Below are positions 8,820 to 19,603 of a stretch of 58,695 nt of DNA, piece by piece; positions within the stretch are counted from its first letter, which is position 1; the number at the start of each line of letters is the position of its first letter. A program made the translations under genes and the position numbers. The notes beneath the pieces are model-generated. The model was given only the letters and a program-made list of their open reading frames with translations, had not been told where the DNA came from and ran no database searches. The stretch is taken from the IMG/VR virus record IMGVR_UViG_3300042863_002246; one strand, 5' to 3'. Source of the stretch: an uncultured virus (IMG/VR IMGVR_UViG_3300042863_002246). Its lineage: Duplodnaviria > Heunggongvirae > Uroviricota > Caudoviricetes.

Positions 8820-11800
8820 TTATGCGAATCCACCTGCTGCAATAGCTCCTGTTCTTAGTATAGTTACATTGTTAACAATGATTCCCATACCTTTGATAGG
8901 TTCTACGTAAGTATCAAGTACACCGATTTGGTTATCGATAATCTCAGTCGTATTGTTTTCCTCATCCATTTTATTGAAGTAGTTGTACAATCCATTTTTA
9001 CTTACATATGTTTCACAGATTACGTCAGCTCTAAGTTTGATTTCAGCTCTGATGTCTGGTGTGTTATATCTCCATTGGAAGTCTAACAACATTCTTGATA
9101 ACTCTCTTTCAAGCTCGATAAGTACCTCTCTAACGTGAATGTAAGAAAGTGCCGATTTGTAAAGAGTTTGTGCTGTATTCTCAGTCTCAATAACGTTTCC
9201 TCTATTTCTTTTGAAAACGATTGGGTTGATTTGAGCACCATTTAACCACTCTATGTCAGATGGAGTAAAGTCCATTTCTAATCCAGCGATGTTTGTGATT
9301 CTACCGTTAGTAACACCCGCTGCGATTGTCCAAGGAGTAATAGATCCAACATTTGATGTATGTTTTCTCATATACGTTGTTGCTGCATGAGATGCTGGTG
9401 GCATATCTAATGGTCTTCCATTGTCATTTACTGTTAAGTAAGGCATGAAGTAACCAACACAAGTTGTACCTGCTCCGTCACCGAATGAGTAAAGGAATGC
9501 TGGTCCACTTTCAGGATCTCCACCTTTGGCAATAAACTCTGCTTGAAGAACTCCTTCTGCGTTTACGAATGTTGGAGAGCTTGAGTTTTTGAATGACTTC
9601 ATAGAAGGCATATTCAAGAATCCAAATGCGTCTAATCTATCTCCACAGATGTCAACTAATTGTTGTTTAGATCTTTCTGTCAATCCTAATCCAAATGAAT
9701 CGATTAAGTATCTGAAGTCTAAAGCTTCTTTGTTAGTTATTGCTTTGAACAATGGTGTTCCTTTTGAAACAAGATTTAATACTGCATTTTGTCTAGCTTC
9801 AGTTCCATCAGGTAATGATGCTTCTCTTACTCTGAATCCTTTTAAAGAGATTGCTTTGTAAGTTGTTGCATAGTTATCAACAGTTTTGTATCTTGTTGTT
9901 TGCCAGTCTCCACTAAAATTAACCTTTTTGATTTCAGAATCACAAGTTATTTCAACTAAGTCTGCGTTTCCAGTGTATTGTCTTTTTGAAACAATTCTTG
10001 TTAGTTTTCTTGGATATTGACCAATGTTTAGTGTTAGTTCATTATACTTAGCCTCTAAGAAGTCTCCAACTTTTACTTCAGTATATCTAGCTCCCGCTAC
10101 AAGAACTTTGTTAGGAACTTCAACATATCCAGCAGGATACTCAATCTCTAAAGATTGTTTGTAGTTTGTTATTGCAGAGTTTATTTCGAATGTTCCTGCT
10201 GTTTCGATATCTACATCCTCATATGAATTAAATGTTTCATCCATAAAAGATACATTTAAAACTTCTCCATCAACATACATTTTAAGGTAGTGTTTAGTGT
10301 TGAAGTCTGATATTATAGAAACGTTTTGTACTCTTTCGTAAGAAGTTTCTTCGTTTACTTTATATACGTGTGTGAATATTCCAGCACCATTATCCATAGT
10401 ACCAAAAAGATTATCTGATATGATTGTGAAAGTTCCTGTGTTTGTAACCGCACCTTTTATAGAAATCACGTCGTATAAAGAAAGCTCGTCTAAATCTGCT
10501 GCGTTAAATGCGATATAATCGTATCCTGCTGCAGAAGAAGTAGGTCCTACGTTTACTCCAGCAGTTAATCCAAATACAGTAACTGCAGATTCACCATCAA
10601 AGAAGTAAACATCAGATATGTATTCAGCACCCGCTACATAAGGAGTTGCATTTGCTTTTTCTAATATTGTTTTAGATGTTTTGTTTGCATAGAAGAAATC
10701 TCCAGTGTTTACAACACCATCATAGTATCTTCCGTATAGTTTAGAGTATTTTCCAACTACACCAAAACTATTTCCATCAGCAACTTCTACTTGTGTTTTT
10801 ACACCTTTGGCACCTAATATAAATTCGTTATCTACTGTATAGAATACTAAGAAACCTTTTAAGATGTCTTGTAAATCTGCTAGTTCGAAAGGAAGTTTAA
10901 GTTCGAAAGATTTATCTTGTGTAGAAGAAGTAACAATATTTGATATTGAAACGTCTGCTAAACTAATCTTATCTCCTTTGTAGTTGTTAAGACCTTTTTT
11001 AAAGCTTTTAAGCATTGCCATTTTAACTTTGTTAGGACTATCGATTAGATCAACAAGTCTGTTAAACATTTTGAATCTTCTGTATTGTGCGTAGTCTTTA
11101 ACGTTTATAGAAGAGTCTGTATCTGTAAAGGTTACTTTAATAGATCCTGTTGCTCCAGTTACTGCTTCTATGAAGTAGTCTGCACCTGATGCCGTACCAA
11201 ATACGAAGTTGTTAAATCCACCTTGTTTAAGGTTTACGTTTGTCCAAACTGGAGTTCCTGTTATTTGTTGTTCTAATACTCTGAACTTAACAGATGCTAA
11301 TACAGTATCTGTAGATGCTACTGAAGGATTGTTTGCGTTTGTACTATTTACAACTTTAAATTTTCCTGTAGAGTCTACTACGAATGCAGATGAATATGTT
11401 GCTGCAGTTGAACTGTATACGTAGTTACTTCCTAATATACTAAGTGTTGCAGTTCCTGAAATAGGTACTTGTTTGTCTCCAACAACAACAAATGCGTCAT
11501 AGTCTGGATACATAAGTGAGTAAGTAGCTACGATTGATGCAGTTGAATAACTAAATGTTGCAGCAAGTTCTACGTTATAGATATATCCTTCTGAGAAGTA
11601 TGATGTTCTTTCATCACCATTAGTAACCCATCCTTTTACTTTAGGAGTTTCATATGCGTGGTGTGTTCCAGTCTCATATGCCCAAGATGCTGAACCACCT
11701 AATAAAGCAGTTACGTTTCCTGGTAAATCTAATGGATTTGAAACGATTTCAATCTCTTCTGATATTACTTCTTGGTAAGAAAGGAAATCAATATTAGTTT

Positions 11801-12752
11801 CATTTTTACCTGCGATTGTATGGCCGATTAAGTCAAGTCTTCCGTTGAAGAAGTCTGTTTCTACTAAGTCACTATTAAACGCACAAAATATACCAGTTCT
11901 GTCTGTATCTCTATTTACTACTGTTTCGATGAAGACGTTTCTACCGTTTGCATCTCTAAAATATGGAATTAAAGAAAGTCCTTCGTAGAATGCTAAAAGC
12001 GTAATGTTTCTATCATTTGCGAATTCTCTAACTTTGTCTTTTCTAAGTCCTGTAGCATTGAAGTAAGCACTCCATCTAGAATCTACTGCTAAAGTTTTGT
12101 AGTCTGACCAATCACCACCAACTACAACAACATCAACCATATAGTCAGATGCGTAATCATTAGTGCTAACATAAGGAGGCATTTTTTCTGCCGAACCATA
12201 CCATTCGATAAGAGTTCTGTCAAATCCAGCTACTGCTGATTTGAAAACAAATACAGTTACGAATTTATCAGATAAGTTTGTTAAACTGAATGCTCTTTCA
12301 GAGTATCCTGTGTTATTTTTAGTAAGATTTATGAAAGACTCAGTGTCTCTTTTCCAGAAACCTGTAGTGTCAAAAAATCTTCTATAAGGACCAGTTCTTT
12401 CCACGTCGTTTAAAGTATCTGCAGAAGTAGATAGAGACTTATATTCAATAACGTCTAAATTATCGTCTGTAAGAAGCAAGTTTATTGCATAAACTGGGGC
12501 TGTCTCCAACATTTTAGAAACTGTTCTATGAAAGAACGAACCCTTTCTCTCCAATCCTCTATCCAATTGACCGAATATTGCTTCTAAGTCAGTTGTGTTA
12601 CTAACCATTATCGGTGTATTGACAGGTCCTTTTTTAGACACGCCTATTACCAAGTTTGTAAGTCCTTCAACAACTGGAGTCGCGATAACGGAGTTATCAT
12701 ATTCCTCTAGGAATATTCCTGGTCTTTTGTATTTTCCAATTTGAATTGCCAT
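8820..12752 (-). CDS. Contractile tail sheath protein (T4 gp18-like), 1310 aa with large insertions
   Basis: N-terminal RPGIFLEEYD...GVSKKGPVNTP...FG. C-terminal PWTIAAGVTNG, INPIV, SALSYIHVREVLI, DEENNTTEIID, VEPIKG. Confidence 0.93.
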   Translation of the reverse strand: MAIQIGKYKRPGIFLEEYDNSVIATPVVEGLTNLVIGVSKKGPVNTPIMVSNTTDLEAIFGQLDRGLERKGSFFHRTVSKMLETAPVYAINLLLTDDNLDVIEYKSLSTSADTLNDVERTGPYRRFFDTTGFWKRDTESFINLTKNNTGYSERAFSLTNLSDKFVTVFVFKSAVAGFDRTLIEWYGSAEKMPPYVSTNDYASDYMVDVVVVGGDWSDYKTLAVDSRWSAYFNATGLRKDKVREFANDRNITLLAFYEGLSLIPYFRDANGRNVFIETVVNRDTDRTGIFCAFNSDLVETDFFNGRLDLIGHTIAGKNETNIDFLSYQEVISEEIEIVSNPLDLPGNVTALLGGSASWAYETGTHHAYETPKVKGWVTNGDERTSYFSEGYIYNVELAATFSYSTASIVATYSLMYPDYDAFVVVGDKQVPISGTATLSILGSNYVYSSTAATYSSAFVVDSTGKFKVVNSTNANNPSVASTDTVLASVKFRVLEQQITGTPVWTNVNLKQGGFNNFVFGTASGADYFIEAVTGATGSIKVTFTDTDSSINVKDYAQYRRFKMFNRLVDLIDSPNKVKMAMLKSFKKGLNNYKGDKISLADVSISNIVTSSTQDKSFELKLPFELADLQDILKGFLVFYTVDNEFILGAKGVKTQVEVADGNSFGVVGKYSKLYGRYYDGVVNTGDFFYANKTSKTILEKANATPYVAGAEYISDVYFFDGESAVTVFGLTAGVNVGPTSSAAGYDYIAFNAADLDELSLYDVISIKGAVTNTGTFTIISDNLFGTMDNGAGIFTHVYKVNEETSYERVQNVSIISDFNTKHYLKMYVDGEVLNVSFMDETFNSYEDVDIETAGTFEINSAITNYKQSLEIEYPAGYVEVPNKVLVAGARYTEVKVGDFLEAKYNELTLNIGQYPRKLTRIVSKRQYTGNADLVEITCDSEIKKVNFSGDWQTTRYKTVDNYATTYKAISLKGFRVREASLPDGTEARQNAVLNLVSKGTPLFKAITNKEALDFRYLIDSFGLGLTERSKQQLVDICGDRLDAFGFLNMPSMKSFKNSSSPTFVNAEGVLQAEFIAKGGDPESGPAFLYSFGDGAGTTCVGYFMPYLTVNDNGRPLDMPPASHAATTYMRKHTSNVGSITPWTIAAGVTNGRITNIAGLEMDFTPSDIEWLNGAQINPIVFKRNRGNVIETENTAQTLYKSALSYIHVREVLIELERELSRMLLDFQWRYNTPDIRAEIKLRADVICETYVSKNGLYNYFNKMDEENNTTEIIDNQIGVLDTYVEPIKGMGIIVNNVTILRTGAIAAGGFA

Positions 12753-12821
12753 ATTTTTTAGTTTAATTTTTTATAGTTAAAGTATATATAAAATGTAAAA
12801 AGCGATATTTTTCTCTTTTTT

Positions 12822-13364
12822 TTAAAAGGAGGTTATTTTTTTAGAAGAATCTTGCATTTCTTTTTTTATTTCCTCCATTTTCTTTTTTTGTTCTGCGGTT
12901 GCAGTCAATAGGGCTTTTTTTAAATCGACAATCTCCTGAGTCTTTATCTTTTGATTAGATTTTATGTCGTTTACGGTCTTTAATTTGGCGGAAGTGTCTA
13001 CTTTCTGACTTGATAGTTGCTTTAAATCTTCTTCGTTTTTATAAAGATCATCATTGTACTTCATCAACTCATCTTGAACATACTTTATTTTCATTTGAAG
13101 GTTCATCATTCGTGTGTACTCTTCTATGAATGGATTATTCAAAAACTTTTTATTTATTTCCTCTATCTTTTTATTTAATAACTCATTGTCTTTGTCACTT
13201 TTTAGATTCATGAAAGCTTTATCAAGTTCTGCCTTTACTGCAGGAAAATCTTTTAAACTTTTTTCAAGGTTATTAGTTTCTTCTTTGGCAAGTTTTACGT
13301 CAGGCTCATCAGTTATTTCGACTTCCACGTTTTCAAAACGTTTAAAATTCTTTAGATATTTCAT
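12822..13364 (-). CDS. Coiled-coil protein with a capsid-targeting-like N-terminus (MKYLKNFKRFE)
   Basis: Heptad-rich ORF lying in the same orientation just downstream of the 1141-aa gene. Confidence 0.65.
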   Translation of the reverse strand: MKYLKNFKRFENVEVEITDEPDVKLAKEETNNLEKSLKDFPAVKAELDKAFMNLKSDKDNELLNKKIEEINKKFLNNPFIEEYTRMMNLQMKIKYVQDELMKYNDDLYKNEEDLKQLSSQKVDTSAKLKTVNDIKSNQKIKTQEIVDLKKALLTATAEQKKKMEEIKKEMQDSSKKITSF

Positions 13365-13381
13365 TTTTTAAACACTTTTAT

Positions 13382-16300
13382 TTAAGCTCTGGTGATTTCA
13401 ACTTTGCTCGCGTCACTTCCGTTAATCATATTTACGATCGTGGAAATTCCCGCCACTTTGGCTATCTGCTTGTTTAGTTTTTCGACCTTCTCTTTGTCTT
13501 TACCTATTTCTTTTCCAAATTCTATCGCGTTGAAAAGAACGTTTTTGCCATCCACCTCTTTTGTGATCCAATATGCTCCGATCACTTCTATTTTTTCGGT
13601 GGTGATTTTTTTCTGACCGTCCGCACTCATCATTCCGACTTCTATAGTACCTGGTGATAATAACAATTTCAAGAAATCATCTCTTTTAACTTTGGTGAAA
13701 TGTGAAAGTGCTTTAGATTCTTTTACCTGTAAATCACCACCTACTAAATTATTAGCATGTCCTAAAACAGAGGCGTCTAGAAGAGGATTGAATGTGCCAA
13801 AGTTTTTACTACACTGCATATATGCATATGCACCATCTATCTCTTGAATGTAGAATGCTCTCTGTGCCTCGTTGCCATCTTTGTCTTTTATCTTCAATAC
13901 AAAAAACGTGTATTTTACAGGATAAACGGCTTTTTTACCATCGTCACTAACCGCGTTTTCACTTTTTGTGGCCTTTATCTTAGTAGCGCTTGCTTCTATC
14001 CCTTCTACAATCTCTTGGTTATTTTCTTCATCTTTTTCCAAAAATGTTCCTCCTTTGTTGATTGCAGTACCTATCTTCTCGTCCGGTTTTCCAAAGTATT
14101 CGTCTAAAAGCTCTGCTTGTTTTCCTCTTCCTGAATCACCATATCCACTTTTAGATTTGTAAAGACTATCACCATCTAACATATCGGTCATGAACTTTCT
14201 CAGATTGGCACCACCGTTTGGTCTGATTTCGTTTCCTACTCTTAGGTTTGTCTTCGGGTCGAAGATGAATTCGTATTTTCTATCTTTCATTAAATCCAAA
14301 ACTGCATTTTCCCAAACATCGAATATTTTGTCGTTTCTATAAGGACCTTTGTCTCCAAACGAAGTATATTCTGCTTCGGTACTTACACCAGGTCCGGTAC
14401 TTCTTTTTGTTATGTATTTTGCCATATAAAGCTTGTATGCTCTGTTGAACAATTTCAATATCTCGATTATTGGATCGTATCCGTCTATTATGAATCCGTC
14501 TTTGTCTTTTTCTAACTTTTCGAAGTTTGCTCTAACTTTCTCAAACTCTGTTTTATCCATTGTGTAGTCTTTTACATTTCTACACTTTCTCTCAAAGTAG
14601 TCTTGTATCCTTTCGACTCTAGACATACTAGATCTTGGATCACTTGCACTTGTACTTCCTTGAGTTTCTGTTGACTCTGGAGTCTCTTCTGTAGTCACTG
14701 GTTCTTCTGCTTCTTTTATGTAAGACATGAATCTGTCGAATTTAAGCAATCTTCCTACAGGTTTACTACTGCTCTTCAATGCTTCGTTTAATTCCAACAT
14801 AATAACACGCATTCCAGCTTGTATCTCCATTAATTTTGAGATATAAACACTTTCGTTTACCGATTCGTCAAGCTTGTCCAGGTCGGCTTTCATTTTATCT
14901 ATGTTTGCTAGTATCTTCGCTTTTTTTGGGTTATCTTTTTTAAGTTCCAATGCTTTTTTAGTCGCACTTTCTATATCTTTTATAAGCTCGTCCTTTTTAT
15001 ATTTGGTCTCTCTTGCCTTTTGGTCTACATAAGGTGAAAGATCTGATTTTGAAACTCCAAAAGAAATTTTCGAATCGTCGTACACAACAGATAGTGTATC
15101 TTCCTTTGGAAGTTTTCCACCTTCTGCGTCGTCTTTAGTTGCCCACTTTTTATCATCGCCCATTTTCATTACATGAGTCTTCGAAACCAAAGTCACAACT
15201 CTCTTATCGCCTTTTCCGTCTGTGTATATGTATTTTTGACCAACGTTGTATTTGCTTTCCTTTTTCTTTTCCTCGCTTTGCTCTGAATACTCTGTCTTAA
15301 CATTGACAATTGGATTTTTCATCAAAACCTTTAATGTCTCAACAAACTTTTTAAGCGGATCTGCCAATTCTCCTAAACCACCATAAAGATTCTTCCCATC
15401 AAACTGTAAAGCTCTCTTTGCGAATCTTGCGATTTTTTCCGCAACAACTTCAATCTTACCACCATTTGGATTTTTCTCACTTCTTGGCATTAGATATTCG
15501 TAAGACTCTTTATATAAAGAATCTTTTTCTTGAATCGTTTGCTTTTTGTCACCTACCAAATACCTATTTATATTGTCGTATAAGGCCATTATGAGTGTAT
15601 CGTTTTTACCATCTTTATGTTTGGCTAATAGTATTCTGACAAACTCTTCACTTATTGGTAGCTTTTGGTCTTTTGTATCTATAAGAGATGTTATATCTTT
15701 TGTTAATTTTCCAAATGCTTGAGTCAAATGATCTTCTTCTTTATAGACATTATTTCCATCTACACTATTTCCTTGTTTCTCTAATACTAATTCAAGTCCT
15801 GCTTTTAAAGTTATCTTTTCCTTTTTAGTGTTAAGTTTCGTAGCAGCAGCGAGTGTTGCTTTCAATTCTAGTTCGTTTTTGGCAAAAATTTTATCAATAT
15901 TTGCACTTGAAAAAGTAACTCCTTTGTTTATATCGGAGTTGTTCAGTATCGATGTTAATGTGTCACCTGCTACAGTTACATAAGGAACTGGTTTCTTTGC
16001 ATCTGCCTCTTCTTTTTTGTTGAAGTTTAAAAGATTTACACTTTTGTAATTTTTTAAGATATAGTAAAGTGCACTTAGATTCTTAATCATGGTTGGAAGG
16101 CTTTCTTCTAACTTTGAATATTTATCCTCATTCTCTTCAGAATCTTCTTCACTTTGACCCTGTCCTTGACCCTGTCCTTGACCTTGTGCTTGACCCTGTC
16201 CTTGACCTTGTGCTTGACCTTGTGCTTGACCTTGTGCTTGACCCTGTGCTTGACCCTGTGCTTCTATTTTTTTTAGTTCCTCTAAGAAACCCTCAAGTTC

Positions 16301-16807
16301 TTCAAGTAATTTAGCCTTTACTGTAGTATCAATATCGGTTTCTTTCATCTCTTCTGTTGCTGTGATTGCACTTTCTGTAAGATTTATTATAATATTAGTC
16401 TCAGAACCATTTTCAACGGCCTCGTTCAATGCAAAAAAGAATGAATACAAAATACTTTTTGCATAAAGTTTCTTATCTTCAGGATTCATGTTGTATGCAA
16501 ATCCAGATGCTGCTATCCTATCAAATTCACCTTCTAGTCTTGAGATTAATGGCTTTATTCTTCTAAGGTTGTTAGCGACTTTTGCTTTTCTAACAAGGTG
16601 ATTTAAAAACCTACCTACTAATGAATCATGCCATCCAATATCATTCGCCATTGGTCCTGATCCGTGGTTGCTGGCATATTCACTTTCTTTTATAAGTTCT
16701 TGATATAGTTCATTTCCTGATATTTTTGCGTCTCTTAGAAATTCAGATTTTTCGTCTAATCTTTTGGCTTCTCTTAAAAAGTCATTTCTTTTAATAAGAT
16801 ATTTCAT
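13382..16807 (-). CDS. Large (1141 aa) probable internal head / ejection protein with a GQAQ low-complexity tract
   Basis: Long ORF with a late motif upstream, N-terminal MKYLIKRNDFLRE, internal LLKFDRFMSYIKE, and several xNE motifs. Confidence 0.65.
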   Translation of the reverse strand: MKYLIKRNDFLREAKRLDEKSEFLRDAKISGNELYQELIKESEYASNHGSGPMANDIGWHDSLVGRFLNHLVRKAKVANNLRRIKPLISRLEGEFDRIAASGFAYNMNPEDKKLYAKSILYSFFFALNEAVENGSETNIIINLTESAITATEEMKETDIDTTVKAKLLEELEGFLEELKKIEAQGQAQGQAQGQAQGQAQGQGQGQAQGQGQGQGQGQSEEDSEENEDKYSKLEESLPTMIKNLSALYYILKNYKSVNLLNFNKKEEADAKKPVPYVTVAGDTLTSILNNSDINKGVTFSSANIDKIFAKNELELKATLAAATKLNTKKEKITLKAGLELVLEKQGNSVDGNNVYKEEDHLTQAFGKLTKDITSLIDTKDQKLPISEEFVRILLAKHKDGKNDTLIMALYDNINRYLVGDKKQTIQEKDSLYKESYEYLMPRSEKNPNGGKIEVVAEKIARFAKRALQFDGKNLYGGLGELADPLKKFVETLKVLMKNPIVNVKTEYSEQSEEKKKESKYNVGQKYIYTDGKGDKRVVTLVSKTHVMKMGDDKKWATKDDAEGGKLPKEDTLSVVYDDSKISFGVSKSDLSPYVDQKARETKYKKDELIKDIESATKKALELKKDNPKKAKILANIDKMKADLDKLDESVNESVYISKLMEIQAGMRVIMLELNEALKSSSKPVGRLLKFDRFMSYIKEAEEPVTTEETPESTETQGSTSASDPRSSMSRVERIQDYFERKCRNVKDYTMDKTEFEKVRANFEKLEKDKDGFIIDGYDPIIEILKLFNRAYKLYMAKYITKRSTGPGVSTEAEYTSFGDKGPYRNDKIFDVWENAVLDLMKDRKYEFIFDPKTNLRVGNEIRPNGGANLRKFMTDMLDGDSLYKSKSGYGDSGRGKQAELLDEYFGKPDEKIGTAINKGGTFLEKDEENNQEIVEGIEASATKIKATKSENAVSDDGKKAVYPVKYTFFVLKIKDKDGNEAQRAFYIQEIDGAYAYMQCSKNFGTFNPLLDASVLGHANNLVGGDLQVKESKALSHFTKVKRDDFLKLLLSPGTIEVGMMSADGQKKITTEKIEVIGAYWITKEVDGKNVLFNAIEFGKEIGKDKEKVEKLNKQIAKVAGISTIVNMINGSDASKVEITRA
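16153..16262 (-). repeat. 12-bp/6-bp tandem repeat encoding (GQAQ/GQGQ)n
   Basis: Repeated CTTGACCTTGTG / CTTGACCCTGT units on the + strand. Confidence 0.9.
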
Positions 16808-16912
16808 GTAGTTATGATTATATTTTGTTTATATATTAAAAGTGTAATCTCTATTTTATTTGTATTTTTGTATCTGAAAGATTGATATTAGTATAAATAA
16901 AAGATAGAATAA

Positions 16913-16944
16913 TTTGTGTGAATAGAATAAATGTCTTATATTTG
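16913..16944 (+). promoter_or_regulatory. Bacteroidota primary-sigma promoter (TTTG-N20-TATATTTG)
   Basis: TTTG at 16913-16916 and TAnnTTTG at 16937-16944, upstream of ATG 16970. Confidence 0.7.
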
Positions 16945-16969
16945 TAAAACAAACAAACAAACAGAAACT

Positions 16970-17506
16970 ATGAAAATCAACTTCGATAAAATAATCTGCA
17001 TAAACTTGACATCATTGAGCTCTCAACAACTATTTGCAGTATGTGAGACTTACTTTATAGGTTTTGAAGAACTTTATAGAAGAAAAACAGAAACAAAAGT
17101 ATCTATGTACTGGATTTCAGAAGGTAAAATTGTTGCTTTTATTATCGGTGGTTTCTTTCGTTTAGGTACAGACTTTGCTTCTCTTTCTAAAGAAGATCAA
17201 GATAAAATAAAAGCCATCAAACCGGTGAAAACTCCAAAGATGCCAAAAACTGAACAAACTCTTAGAAACTACAAAGCTTTTTTAGCAGAAGGTTATGACA
17301 TACGAACTCCATCTATGGATTCAAAGTTGTATAACTTAGAGTCTCGAAAAGATTCTGTTTATGTTAAAGATGTTGTTAAAGATGTTGTTGAAGTTAAACA
17401 AGATTTACCTGTTGTTTTAGAAGTAGATGCAATCTTAGAAAAAATATTCAAATACGGAATAGCTTCTATCACTGCAGAAGAAAAAGATTTATTAGATAAT
17501 CAATAA
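16970..17506 (+). CDS. Probable early protein with a C-terminal DUF6576-like domain
   Basis: EVDAILEKIFKYGIASITAEEKDLL resembles the C-terminal helical tail of Bacteroidota rhomboid proteases; start moved to the ATG downstream of the promoter. Confidence 0.65.
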   Translation: MKINFDKIICINLTSLSSQQLFAVCETYFIGFEELYRRKTETKVSMYWISEGKIVAFIIGGFFRLGTDFASLSKEDQDKIKAIKPVKTPKMPKTEQTLRNYKAFLAEGYDIRTPSMDSKLYNLESRKDSVYVKDVVKDVVEVKQDLPVVLEVDAILEKIFKYGIASITAEEKDLLDNQ

Positions 17507-17527
17507 TATAACTTTGTTTGTGTGTGT

Positions 17528-17553
17528 GCCTCGGATAAATCCGAGGCTTTTTT
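17528..17553 (+). terminator. Intrinsic terminator
   Basis: GCCTCGGA-TAAA-TCCGAGGC followed by a T tract. Confidence 0.75.
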
Positions 17554-17705
17554 ATTTAGCAAATATTTAATACCATTTTTCTCTTTAGAATCAACACTTT
17601 TAAATTTTATTTTTTTGGTAGTTTAAAAAATCCGCCATTAAATCGATTTCGGTTTTTTTCCTTACCTAAAATTAAATATATAACGTATAAAAAAAATCTC
17701 CAAAC

Positions 17706-17990
17706 ATGAGATACCTAGAGTTGAAACAAAATGGTAAGGTCTTTACCAATGAAAGAGAAATAAATCAAATATTACTATCTAACAAATTTTACTGGCTTAT
17801 AGATTCCGAATTTGAGAACGCAGTTCTTGAGTTGAAAAAAGAAACTATAATTTGGCATAGTGGTGACTTCTATTCCGGAAATTGGCATTATGGCATATTC
17901 AAAGGTGGGTCTTTCCATGGGACCTGGGAAAACGGAATTTTCGAAAACGGAAACTTCACCGGTGAATGGAAAGACGGCATCAAATTATGA
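17706..17990 (+). CDS. Hypothetical protein with short [W/F]xxG repeats
   Basis: WHSGDFYSGNWHYGIFKGGSFHGTWENGIFENGNFTGEWKDG. Confidence 0.65.
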   Translation: MRYLELKQNGKVFTNEREINQILLSNKFYWLIDSEFENAVLELKKETIIWHSGDFYSGNWHYGIFKGGSFHGTWENGIFENGNFTGEWKDGIKL

Positions 17991-18017
17991 GTGACGACAA
18001 AAAATAAAATAACAACT

Positions 18018-18473
18018 ATGAAAAGGAGAAAACTAGCTCTAAAATCAGTAGGCAAAAACGATGTTTATAACAACGGTATTGTGAGAGTAACAAAAGAAGA
18101 AGATTCATACTTCTTTGAAATTGGAAACGAACTAACCAGTGATATCGCCGAAGCAGTTGCCTTGTTGATGAGAAAAGTGGATTGGAATGATGGAATATGG
18201 GATATGGAATTGGAAGATATAAATATAGATAACATCACACCTGAGAAATCATTGTTTTGGTTAACTGGTGGATATACAGAATGGAGAACATTAGAAAACT
18301 ATAACAAGCCTTGGTGTGACTGTTACCTTGATTTTCAAGAAGAGTTTGGAATGTTAATATTCAACATAGTAAAAAGAAACAAAAAACTAAAAGAAATAAG
18401 AAGCAACTACTATAAATACTTAAACTTACCGATACTTTATGATTTTGCGTTAAGTAAGAACATGATAAAATAA
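18018..18473 (+). CDS. Hypothetical protein
   Basis: ORF 17991-18473; the ATG at 18018 after an A-rich leader is the likelier start. Confidence 0.6.
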   Translation: MKRRKLALKSVGKNDVYNNGIVRVTKEEDSYFFEIGNELTSDIAEAVALLMRKVDWNDGIWDMELEDINIDNITPEKSLFWLTGGYTEWRTLENYNKPWCDCYLDFQEEFGMLIFNIVKRNKKLKEIRSNYYKYLNLPILYDFALSKNMIK

Positions 18474-18477
18474 AAAG

Positions 18478-18508
18478 AAAACCCATCATTTGATGGGTTT
18501 TCTTTTTT
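18478..18508. terminator. Intrinsic terminator
   Basis: AAAACCCATCA-TT-TGATGGGTTTT inverted repeat followed by a T tract. Confidence 0.7.
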
Positions 18509-18520
18509 TATATATACTAT

Positions 18521-18760
18521 ATGGAAAAATTAATGAACGTTTGTAAGAGTCCTTGGTGTAAGGCACATTTCGAATATTTTGAAAATGAGATTACAATTGT
18601 TGATGGTAATGGAGTAGTACCCAAAACATGTCCAAAATGTAGAAGCTTTGATACAGAGCTTAGTGGTGGTGTCACCTGGACCGACAAAGAATATGAAGGT
18701 AGTAGATTTGACGGAAAACCACATGAGATAAAATACAAAATAACGAATTTTAAACTATGA
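18521..18760 (+). CDS. Small zinc-ribbon protein
   Basis: CKSPWC...CPKC. Confidence 0.65.
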   Translation: MEKLMNVCKSPWCKAHFEYFENEITIVDGNGVVPKTCPKCRSFDTELSGGVTWTDKEYEGSRFDGKPHEIKYKITNFKL

Positions 18761-19602
18761 GAGCACACTTCTTCGATATAGAAACCATTTTAGTCATGGA
18801 TAGTAAAGTCTGGATAGTAGATAAATCAAATCCAAAAGTACCTATTATGAAAATATCTAGATCAGATTTTAATCTGATAAAGAGTGGAATATACAAAAGT
18901 CAAAATAATTCTATTTATTTTGGTGGTGCCACCTATTGGGTTCCTGAAAAACTGATGAACACTCTAAAGATTAAATGTAAGAATCTAAAAATAGATATTA
19001 CAAAACTTATATTTTCTATGCAGGAATACATGAATCCTGAGATAATAGAAACACTTGACTATGATATAAACATAGAAAACTTACAACATCTTAAAAACAC
19101 GACTGATGACATATACTTTATTTGCTCAAAGAACACTAAAAACAACTATGAGAAGATAATAAAGAAAATAGAGGAAAAGCTTGAGAAGATAGGATTGACT
19201 GTTAAAAAATACTATTTCATATCTGATACTTTTTACAATAGAGACTTAGATGAAGTTTCTCATAAAAAAGTAAGACTTCTTCTTCAACATCTTATTGGTA
19301 TGAAAACAGAAGGTGATAAGTTTATAGAAGAAGAACTTCAAAAATATGATGAGATTGAATTCTATGAAGATGATGAAAAGACTATTAGTCTTGCAATAGA
19401 TTGTAATAAACTACTTCAACTTCTTATAGATAATAGTGAGTCTAGTATAAAGTCTAATCTAAAAAATCTTCTTAAATCAGAAACTCTACTTTATGTAAAC
19501 TTTGTGAGTCCTAATAAGGTTAAAAGATTTTCTAAAACAAAAGTCGTGGTTGAATATCACAATCTTATAAAGACTTTTGAAAGATTTAACTTCAAAAAGT
19601 AG
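18757..19602 (+). CDS. Hypothetical protein, possibly a degenerate HAD fold
   Basis: HFFDIE near the N-terminus and IEFYEDD resemble HAD motifs I and IV; ATGA overlap with the upstream gene. Confidence 0.55.
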   Translation: MRAHFFDIETILVMDSKVWIVDKSNPKVPIMKISRSDFNLIKSGIYKSQNNSIYFGGATYWVPEKLMNTLKIKCKNLKIDITKLIFSMQEYMNPEIIETLDYDINIENLQHLKNTTDDIYFICSKNTKNNYEKIIKKIEEKLEKIGLTVKKYYFISDTFYNRDLDEVSHKKVRLLLQHLIGMKTEGDKFIEEELQKYDEIEFYEDDEKTISLAIDCNKLLQLLIDNSESSIKSNLKNLLKSETLLYVNFVSPNKVKRFSKTKVVVEYHNLIKTFERFNFKK

Positions 19603-19603
19603 T

